Assembly (NCBI GenBank): GCA_043801585.1
Contig: JAZDLX010000111.1
Location: 1 to 26,016 of the forward strand
Length of the DNA stretch: 26,016 bases
Source: a bacterium
Lineage (GTDB): Bacteria; Electryoneota; Electryoneia; Electryoneales; Electryoneaceae
Reading direction: 5' to 3'
Below the pieces are notes generated by a model. It saw nothing but the letters and a program-made list of their open reading frames with translations. It searched no databases and had not been told where the DNA came from. The translations under genes and the position numbers were made by a program. Positions 19,098 to 26,016 of this stretch are shown here, one piece after another (position 1 is the first letter of the stretch; every line of letters begins with the position of its first letter).

Positions 19098-19955
19098 ATG
19101 AAGTTTCGCCCGTTGCATTTTATAGAGTCCACGCCCATGCTCGATGGAGCAGATGTTGTCCTGTTGGGGTTGCCCTGGGACCGCACGGCGTCGTACCGCT
19201 CCGGTTCACGGTTTGGACCGGACGAGATCCGTATCGCCAGCGACAGCATCGAAACCTTCGACCCGGACCTCGACATAGACCTGCTCGAGGCCGGATCCTA
19301 CTACGATCTGGGTAATGCGAACATCGAGGCAGGATCCGCCGAGGCGGCAGTGGACGAGATGAGATTGGCGTTGCGGGAGGTGCCCGGAAACCTTCCAATC
19401 CTGGGATTTGGAGGTGAGCATACCGTGACCCTGCCCCTCGTCGAGCACGCGCTGAAACGCCACCCCGATCTCGTGCATGTCATTTTCGATGCGCATGCCG
19501 ATCTCCGCGACAACTATGAGGGAAGCGCGTACAGCCATGCCTGTGTCGCCCGGCGTGTGTTCGACCTGATTGGACCGGAACGGATGGCGATGTTCGGCAT
19601 ACGGAGTGGATTGAGGAAAGAGTTCGACCTGATGCGCAAACACGGAATGCTCTACCCCGCGAATGCGCAAGGCATGCAAACGTTACTTGAAAAAATCGGC
19701 GACACCCCCATCTACCTCTCTGTCGACCTGGACGGTTTTGATCCTGGACTCATTCCCGGCACAGGCACTGTTGAGGCGGGAGGATTTGACTGGCAAGAGT
19801 ATGTGGAGATGATCCAGTTGCTGAAAGGACACCGCATCGCTGGAGCGGACGTCGTCGAACTCGCCCCCGATCTCGATCCCACAGGACGCAGCAACGTACT
19901 CGCCGCACGTGTGGCGCGCACATTGCTCGGGCTGATTCTGGCTGGACGATCATGA
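19098..19955 (+). CDS. speB: Agmatinase-family ureohydrolase
   Basis: GSRFGP, GGEHT, FDAHADL, SHAC, SVDLDGFDP, GTGT, DVVELAP metal-binding motifs. Confidence 0.92.
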   Translation: MKFRPLHFIESTPMLDGADVVLLGLPWDRTASYRSGSRFGPDEIRIASDSIETFDPDLDIDLLEAGSYYDLGNANIEAGSAEAAVDEMRLALREVPGNLPILGFGGEHTVTLPLVEHALKRHPDLVHVIFDAHADLRDNYEGSAYSHACVARRVFDLIGPERMAMFGIRSGLRKEFDLMRKHGMLYPANAQGMQTLLEKIGDTPIYLSVDLDGFDPGLIPGTGTVEAGGFDWQEYVEMIQLLKGHRIAGADVVELAPDLDPTGRSNVLAARVARTLLGLILAGRS

Positions 19956-20010
19956 AATTCCATCCAATCGAACGTTCAATGATATTACCGATGCCTGAAA
20001 GAATTATACG

Positions 20011-22341
20011 ATGAAGACATCAAGAATGGTTTTTCCAGTCATTCTCCTTGTCTTTCTCATGACACCTTTCTGTTTCGCAACACCCTTGATTGAGGTTTCC
20101 GCACCAGACCCTGTCCAGGCAGCAATTCTTCAACGCATGGGTCTCGACATCGTATCCTGGAGGGGAAATACAGTACAGGTAGTCGGATGGGATAATGACC
20201 TTCTACGCCTCAGAGAATTCGGAATCGACTACAAGGTCCTTGAAGAGAACCTCGAACAGCAGATTCGAAAGACTGTCCGCGAGACTCGGCGGGCGAGCCG
20301 TCTTGAGAAAACAAGTGCGGCGGAATGGACATTAGGACTCTTTCCCGGATTTTCGGACCTTGTCGCCTGGCGCGATGCACTTGCTCAAAAGTACCCCGCA
20401 CTCGTCATGGTGCAGGACAGCCTCGGCACTACAATCGAGGGTGTGCCCATCTGGGCATTCAAGATTTCCGACAATCCCAACCAGGATGAGGCTGAACCCG
20501 AAATCTTTCTCAATGGAGCCATCCACGCCCGTGAGGTGATCACTCCGCTCTTGCTGATGGCTTTCGCGGATACCCTGCTCTCACGCTATGATCGTGGGGA
20601 CGGACGTTCCGTGGAGCTTGTCGATTCCCGTGAGATCTGGATACTTCCCCTGATCAATATCGACGGCTACCGCTACAATGAGGAGAATATCACTGATGGA
20701 GATATTTCAAATAGTGGTACAACTTTATGGCGAAAGAATCGACGAAATAACGGCGACGATACGTTTGGGGTTGACCTGAACCGGAACTTTCCCTTCATGT
20801 GGGGACTCGATGACCTCGGGTCTTCCCCAGTTACAAACTATCCCACTTATCGGGGTACAGGTCCAGCGAGCGAACCCGAAACACAGGCGATAATTGAATT
20901 TATCAATGCCCATGAGTTCTCGGGTGTGCTTAATTACCATTCTTTCAGCAACCTCGTCCTCCATCCCTGGGGTTATACCTATGACCCTCACCCCGACTTC
21001 GATATTTACCATCTATTCGGCGATTACCTGAATGAAACGCTGGGGTGGATGGTTGGAGGCGCCGAAGTCATTTACATCACGAATGGAGACGCCTCCGACT
21101 GGCAGGCGGCCGGTGGCATGACCGACGGCGCCAACTATCCCATGTGGTCCTTTACCTTTGAAGTCGGTGATTGGGAACATGACAACGGTTTCTGGCCCAA
21201 CACAATGGAAATCCGTGATCGCCTCGTACGCGGGCAAATTGAACCGATCATGAAATTTTGTGAAGAAGCGCCCGATCCGGCTCCTCTCGCTCCTCCCCCA
21301 GCTCCACTCATCACTCAACAATCGATTTTTTCCGATTCTCTCGTGCTCACCTGGGATTCCAACGGCGATAACTATGGCAACGTTTCCCAGACCTACCAGG
21401 TGATGGAATACAGTAGAATCACGGGAGGTGACGACGCGGAGACTGACAGTGTTACCTATTGGACGCAGCGTGAATTTACCCGCGGAAATTTCCTCGGCGA
21501 CAACGGGTCCTCGGTCTGGTTTTCCGGCGACCGCTCGAACATGCAGGCATCGCTGACTTCAACGTTTCCACTACCTGTGACTCCCGCCAATAGCGTCCTT
21601 TCGTTTCAGACGGCGTACAGCATTGAGAAGGATTGGGATTTTGCATACGTCCAGGTATCCCGTGATGGGGTCCGTTTCGAGAACCTCGCTAACACCCGGA
21701 CGAATGGATACGGTGGAATTACGGATCATTCCAATGGCTGGATCACCATGGAATTCTCACTGATTGATTACATGGGTGAAAGTATCTACCTCCGTTTTCT
21801 CTATGTGTCGGACACATCGATCAATAAAGGAGGATGGTACATCGACGATATCAACGCGGTGATCGGTTATGCAGCTGCCACCCTGATCGCGGATGCCCTT
21901 TCGGATACGATGCTAAGCATTCCGCTCCCGGAATCGGAATCCTATGCGTTCCGGGTTCGTGGCGTGGATGCAGAGAGCGATACAAGTCTTTGGTCACAGC
22001 CTGTTTATGGAGGGAATTTCGAAGTTTCAGCGCCAGCACAGCCTGTTGCTGCTCTCCCGCGTCACATCACCCTTGATCCTGTCTACCCGAATCCGTTCAA
22101 TTCCACGGCACGGGTTTCCTTTGAACTGTTCTCTCCCTCGACGATCCACCTTCGCGTTGTGGATGTGCTTGGACGATCCCTGCTCGATCGGTCGTTGGGT
22201 TCGTTGCCGACAGGGCGGCATCAACTTGCACTGGATGGAAAAGCATGGTCCAGCGGCCTCATCTTCATTCAGATTTCTGGATATAATCAGGACTCAGGGA
22301 TGCGATTCAGACATGTGCAGAAAGCAGTATTGCTTCGCTAA
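20011..22341 (+). CDS. Secreted M14 zinc carboxypeptidase (carboxypeptidase T-like) with beta-sandwich accessory domains and a T9SS-type C-terminal sorting domain
   Basis: Signal peptide, IHARE, WRKNR, GVDLNRNF, SEPET, YHS, TFEVG. Accessory domain with YSIEKDWDFAYV...GWYIDDI. C-terminal VYPNPFN...DVLGR...KAVLLR. Confidence 0.9.
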   Translation: MKTSRMVFPVILLVFLMTPFCFATPLIEVSAPDPVQAAILQRMGLDIVSWRGNTVQVVGWDNDLLRLREFGIDYKVLEENLEQQIRKTVRETRRASRLEKTSAAEWTLGLFPGFSDLVAWRDALAQKYPALVMVQDSLGTTIEGVPIWAFKISDNPNQDEAEPEIFLNGAIHAREVITPLLLMAFADTLLSRYDRGDGRSVELVDSREIWILPLINIDGYRYNEENITDGDISNSGTTLWRKNRRNNGDDTFGVDLNRNFPFMWGLDDLGSSPVTNYPTYRGTGPASEPETQAIIEFINAHEFSGVLNYHSFSNLVLHPWGYTYDPHPDFDIYHLFGDYLNETLGWMVGGAEVIYITNGDASDWQAAGGMTDGANYPMWSFTFEVGDWEHDNGFWPNTMEIRDRLVRGQIEPIMKFCEEAPDPAPLAPPPAPLITQQSIFSDSLVLTWDSNGDNYGNVSQTYQVMEYSRITGGDDAETDSVTYWTQREFTRGNFLGDNGSSVWFSGDRSNMQASLTSTFPLPVTPANSVLSFQTAYSIEKDWDFAYVQVSRDGVRFENLANTRTNGYGGITDHSNGWITMEFSLIDYMGESIYLRFLYVSDTSINKGGWYIDDINAVIGYAAATLIADALSDTMLSIPLPESESYAFRVRGVDAESDTSLWSQPVYGGNFEVSAPAQPVAALPRHITLDPVYPNPFNSTARVSFELFSPSTIHLRVVDVLGRSLLDRSLGSLPTGRHQLALDGKAWSSGLIFIQISGYNQDSGMRFRHVQKAVLLR

Positions 22342-22367
22342 GTCAAATGATTCGACTCTGTTACAGC

Positions 22368-22397
22368 TTGCACCGACTTTTGGTTTTTCGCTACTTT
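22368..22397 (+). promoter_or_regulatory. Putative sigma70 promoter of the ptb pair
   Basis: TTGCAC-N18-TACTTT, 32 bp upstream of the SD-led ATG at 22430. Confidence 0.45.
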
Positions 22398-22429
22398 AAT
22401 AATCAATGCAAACAGACAGGGGATATTCG

Positions 22430-23389
22430 ATGCCGACCGTTCCCATCCTTAATAAACCCCTCATCCATCATGATCAGGTTATCGACCGCGCTCGCACGAT
22501 CAGTAGCAGTGCCGGGATGGTGACCGTTGCTGTTGCCGCAGCGGAAGAGGATGACGCTTTGTTGGCGCTGGAACGGTGCCGGCAGGAGGGCATCGCGAAC
22601 GCGCTTCTCGTCGGACGTCCCCAGCGGATTCACACCGCCCTCGACTCTGCCGGAATCGCGCGGGATACCTTCGAGATCGTTCCGACGGAGACGGAAGAGG
22701 AAGCTGCAGCAACAACCGCGCGTCTCGCAGCGGACGGCCGTGCCCAGGTGGTGATGAAGGGTTTTCTGAAAACCGGAATCCTGCTCAAGACCATCCTCAG
22801 GCACGAGTACGGCCTCCGTGACAGCGAGCTGGTCAGCCACAGCGCTGTGCTTTATATCCCCCGCTATGGAAAACTGCTGAACATCACGGACGGCGGGACG
22901 GTAGTCTCTCCCGACCACGAGCAGAAGCTGACGATCCTCGCCAACGGGATGACCGTGATGCGTGCGGTGGGAATCACCCGCCCACGTGTGGCTGTTCTCG
23001 CACCCGACAACACCGCCCGCGAGGATCTTCCCGAAACCATTTTTGCTGAGCGCATAGTTCGTGACGCTCGCCGTCGATTCGGAACCTCATTGAACATCAA
23101 CGGGCCAATGACGCTTGAATCCGCAGTCACCTATCCGATTGTCAACGGCACGGAGATGGAGAACGAGGTCGCAGGCCGGGCGGATATCCTGCTCGTTCAC
23201 ACTCTCGAGGAGGGAAATATCATCGCCAAGACGCTGATCCAATTCGGCGATGCAATCTTCATGGGGGTCATCGCCGGTGCACGGGTCCCGATCAGCCTCG
23301 TCTCCAGAAGCGATTCGATGACAAATAAAATGGCATCCATCGCCCTCGCCGTCTGCATGGTGCATTCGCAGAAAGAGGAGCGGTCATGA
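22430..23389 (+). CDS. ptb: Phosphate acyltransferase (Ptb/phosphate butyryltransferase family), paralog 1
   Basis: VAVAAAE, VMKGFLKT, GLR...SH, ITDGG, VAGRADIL, GNIIAK, LVSRSDS...KMASIALA. Confidence 0.82.
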   Translation: MPTVPILNKPLIHHDQVIDRARTISSSAGMVTVAVAAAEEDDALLALERCRQEGIANALLVGRPQRIHTALDSAGIARDTFEIVPTETEEEAAATTARLAADGRAQVVMKGFLKTGILLKTILRHEYGLRDSELVSHSAVLYIPRYGKLLNITDGGTVVSPDHEQKLTILANGMTVMRAVGITRPRVAVLAPDNTAREDLPETIFAERIVRDARRRFGTSLNINGPMTLESAVTYPIVNGTEMENEVAGRADILLVHTLEEGNIIAKTLIQFGDAIFMGVIAGARVPISLVSRSDSMTNKMASIALAVCMVHSQKEERS

Positions 23390-24318
23390 CCGACAATGCC
23401 CTCCAGCAGATGCTCTCGACTCAACTGCGGGAACTGCGGCGCAAAAGGGATCCCCTGCGACTCGGTATCCTTCTTCCGGACGACAACACCATATTTGTCG
23501 AAGCCTTGTGGACGCATCTGGAAGCGAAATGGTTCGAGCCGATTCTGATTCTCCGGGAACGGTTCAGCGAGGTCATCCGGGCGAGCCTCTCCGACGACAG
23601 TCAGTTCAAGCTGAGCATCGGCACCGGTGAAAAGGCCGATGTACAGGATGAAGCCGCTCGGCTGATCCGGGAAAAGAAACTTGACCTGATCGTTCTCCCG
23701 CCGGGACAGGGTTGGGACATTACGGAGAGAATGCAGAGATGCTGCGGGGACGTCCTCCCTCCGGGTGTGGCGGGTTTTGCGCTTTCGCGGCCGTCCCTGC
23801 TGGATCGCCCGTTGATGCTGGGAGACCTGTACGCGGACACTACGGGAGGCTCTGATCGACTTGCGCAGGTGGCACGCCTCGGGGGTGAACTTCTTCGCAG
23901 TGTGGGCGTTGAGACCCCGCGAGTCGCACTACTCGCGGCGGTGGAAACGGTGAGTGAAGGAATCCCCGCAACTGTCGTGGCGCGAGAAACCGAAGAGTCA
24001 CTCGCGGGAAGCGAGAAACTCCATGTCCAGGGACCGCTCTCGATGGACCTTGCTATCAGCGTCCATGCGGCGGAGAAGAAAAAGGTAACCGGAGAGGTTG
24101 CCGGAAAAGCTGATCTCCTCATCGGTCCAAACCTGACGGTTTCACGGGGAGTGTTTCATGCCATGACCTGCCTGTGCGAGGAACCTTCCGCGATGGTCGT
24201 CGCTGGCGGATCGATTCCCTTCGCTTTGTCCGGAAAATGCGAGGGTCCGATGGGAGTCGTTTTGTCCACACTCTTCGCGGGAATACTGGCAAGTTCCACA
24301 ACTTCAAGTGTATACTAA
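23386..24318 (+). CDS. Divergent Ptb-family paralog 2
   Basis: ATGA overlap. PRVALLAAVETVS, GPLSMDLAIS..AAEKKKVTGEVAGKADLL are retained, while the N- and C-terminal motifs are degenerate. Confidence 0.75.
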   Translation: MTDNALQQMLSTQLRELRRKRDPLRLGILLPDDNTIFVEALWTHLEAKWFEPILILRERFSEVIRASLSDDSQFKLSIGTGEKADVQDEAARLIREKKLDLIVLPPGQGWDITERMQRCCGDVLPPGVAGFALSRPSLLDRPLMLGDLYADTTGGSDRLAQVARLGGELLRSVGVETPRVALLAAVETVSEGIPATVVARETEESLAGSEKLHVQGPLSMDLAISVHAAEKKKVTGEVAGKADLLIGPNLTVSRGVFHAMTCLCEEPSAMVVAGGSIPFALSGKCEGPMGVVLSTLFAGILASSTTSSVY

Positions 24319-24419
24319 GCCTGACTTGGAATGAAATCGTTCACCCAGTGAAAAGAAGACACCCCCCGTGACGAAAGGGAGAGCATGGCAGGCACTGTCC
24401 TGACTCAATCCGGAACATC

Positions 24420-24893
24420 ATGCGCGGGTTGATGATCGAAGCGGCAATGATCAACCCAAGCGGGAAGATCGAACTCCTGAACCAGCAGGTTTCGCAAGAG
24501 CTGCTGAACCGGGAGTGGATTCAAATTCGCAATTCCACGGGTACCATTGTTACCCTCGATGGCATTGAGCTGATGCATCTGGTTTACGGTCCCGGGGAGC
24601 AGACGAGAGAGTCCCTCGTACTTCGCCTCCAGGGATTGCTCCCCCCGCAGGCCAGTTTAAGAATCCATTCGGGAAAAGGAACGACTTCGTTCGATGCTGA
24701 GCACCAGGTCTATCACGGCTATGCGAACACGAAAAGCAGCCACTTTCTTTTCCAGGTCGTCAAGCCGGACCGCTTGGTTCTGCGAAAAGGACGGACGATC
24801 ATCGATGCTGCACGCTACGATATTCCCGTCCCCATAAGCCGGCGCTTGAAGCGCGTCCTTCCCCTCGAGCGCCAACTCCTCCAGGCCGTGTAG
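24420..24893 (+). CDS. Stand-alone lamin-tail-domain (LTD)-like protein
   Basis: Pattern LMIE...NPSG...EWIQIRN...VTLDGIEL...LPPQASLRIHSGKG...DRLVL...IIDAARY resembles the LTD fold, recognised by eye. Confidence 0.55.
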   Translation: MRGLMIEAAMINPSGKIELLNQQVSQELLNREWIQIRNSTGTIVTLDGIELMHLVYGPGEQTRESLVLRLQGLLPPQASLRIHSGKGTTSFDAEHQVYHGYANTKSSHFLFQVVKPDRLVLRKGRTIIDAARYDIPVPISRRLKRVLPLERQLLQAV

Positions 24894-24894
24894 T

Positions 24895-24924
24895 AAAAAA
24901 AACGGTCCCGAACGATCGGGACCG
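24895..24924 (-). terminator. Intrinsic terminator for the minus-strand hydratase, possibly bidirectional
   Basis: CGGTCCCGA-ACGA-TCGGGACCG perfect 9-bp stem preceded by A8 (U8 on the minus strand), between convergent genes. Confidence 0.8.
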
Positions 24925-24966
24925 GAATCCTCTTTATATCTCCAGGCAGAGTGCTGAAAGGATCAA

Positions 24967-25785
24967 TCACGCTTCCTTCGTTTTTTCGCTCCTGGGTTCT
25001 CCAGCAATCTGTTTCCAGGCGGGAAACCGTTTCTCGAGGAAAGCTGTCATCCCCTCCTGCCCCTCCGCTCCACTGCGCAGCTCAGCAATCAACTCCGCGG
25101 TCCAATCCCTGACAGCATCAATGGTTTCCTCACCGCTCCGCTGAATCAGCCGTTTACACGCTGCGAGAGCATCGGGTCCGGCGGCGTTCAGGGAATTGGC
25201 AACCTCGAGAATCGATCGATCCAGTTCGACCAGCGGCGCGATCCCCTGGACAAGGCCGATGGCGAGCGCCGTCTTCGCATCGATCCGGTCGCCGGTGAGC
25301 ATCCAGCGCCGAGCCTGGCGTTCACCGAGGGCGCGCAGAACGTAGGGACCGATTACGGCGGGCACCAGACCGAGACGGACTTCGCTGAAGGCGAAAAAGG
25401 CATTGTCCGCTGCCCATGCCATATCACAGGCGCAAATCAGCCCCAGCCCTCCACCGACGGCAGGACCGTTGACACGGGCGATGACAGGCTTCGGATGGGT
25501 GTAGATCTCTTCGAGGAGGGCAGCGAGGGCGAGGGCGTCCTTACGGTTTGCGTCAACGCCCGCATCCTTGATCGACTTCATGTAGTCAAGATCGGCGCCT
25601 GCACTGAATGCGGAACCGGCTCCGGTGAGGACAATCAGGCGAGTGTCGCAGGATCGTAACGAATGGAAGGCTGCCGTGAGATCGGCGATCATCCCCGAGT
25701 TGAACGCGTTCCGCCGTTCGGGGCGTTGCATGATGACAAGCGCACCATCCTCGCCTGTCTGCACCTTGACCGTTGACCATTCCAA
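24967..25785 (-). CDS. Enoyl-CoA hydratase/isomerase family, methylglutaconyl-CoA hydratase-like
   Basis: RPERRNAF, AFSAGADL, GGGLGL, FSEVRLGLVPAVI, EGQEGMTAFLEKRFP. Probable TTG start at 25785 after GGGGA. Confidence 0.88.
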   Translation of the reverse strand: MEWSTVKVQTGEDGALVIMQRPERRNAFNSGMIADLTAAFHSLRSCDTRLIVLTGAGSAFSAGADLDYMKSIKDAGVDANRKDALALAALLEEIYTHPKPVIARVNGPAVGGGLGLICACDMAWAADNAFFAFSEVRLGLVPAVIGPYVLRALGERQARRWMLTGDRIDAKTALAIGLVQGIAPLVELDRSILEVANSLNAAGPDALAACKRLIQRSGEETIDAVRDWTAELIAELRSGAEGQEGMTAFLEKRFPAWKQIAGEPRSEKTKEA

Positions 25786-25814
25786 GGAACCATCCCCACC
25801 GTTTGTCCGCCCGT

Positions 25815-26015
25815 CTAAAACTCGGGTAGATAGATCAACGTTCTCACCTGAATCAGGCAGCCCCCACCCGGCCACCTGTCTTCCGTACCCGTGTTGAAAA
25901 AACCTGCATTGTCAAAATACGACATACCCGGTGGTACGGTTGAATACGGAACGTCCATCAACGGCCGAGAATAACGTGGCTGGTTGTCATAGAAGTTGAT
26001 CGGTCCTGGACGGCC
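25815..26015 (-). CDS. 3' end of an unidentified upstream gene (truncated by window edge)
   Basis: Stop-free minus frame from the window end (GRPGPINFYDNQPRYSRPLMDVPY...LIYLPEF*), ending 29 nt before the hydratase start. Not in the ORF track. Confidence 0.5.
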   Translation of the reverse strand, partial: GRPGPINFYDNQPRYSRPLMDVPYSTVPPGMSYFDNAGFFNTGTEDRWPGGGCLIQVRTLIYLPEF

Positions 26016-26016
26016 G

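Overview
Bacterial chromosomal window, probably from an FCB-superphylum lineage (inferred from a PorV/PorQ-like barrel and a YPNPFN T9SS-type sorting domain). In order it contains: the 3' end of htpG; an export operon with a sigma54-type promoter (Yip1/YknW-like, TolC, MacA-like adaptor, one ABC ATPase, four MacB/YknZ-type permeases arranged A-B-A'-B'); pfpI/DJ-1; a cytoplasmic multi-PAS hybrid histidine kinase (minus strand); a porV-like gene and a conserved hypothetical; a complete arginine-to-spermidine cluster (XRE-cupin regulator, speD, pyruvoyl arginine decarboxylase, speE, speB); a secreted M14 carboxypeptidase; two tandem phosphate acyltransferase (Ptb) paralogs; a lamin-tail-domain protein; an enoyl-CoA hydratase; and a truncated upstream ORF. 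I found no mobile elements, CRISPR arrays, tRNAs or rRNAs. The best leads are a 100-nt G-U-rich hairpin with yybP-ykoY-like motifs upstream of the porV-like gene, a switch-like leader before the second permease pair, structured spacers in the polyamine cluster, and complementary motif loss in the two Ptb paralogs. All RNA structures were paired by eye and not computed.
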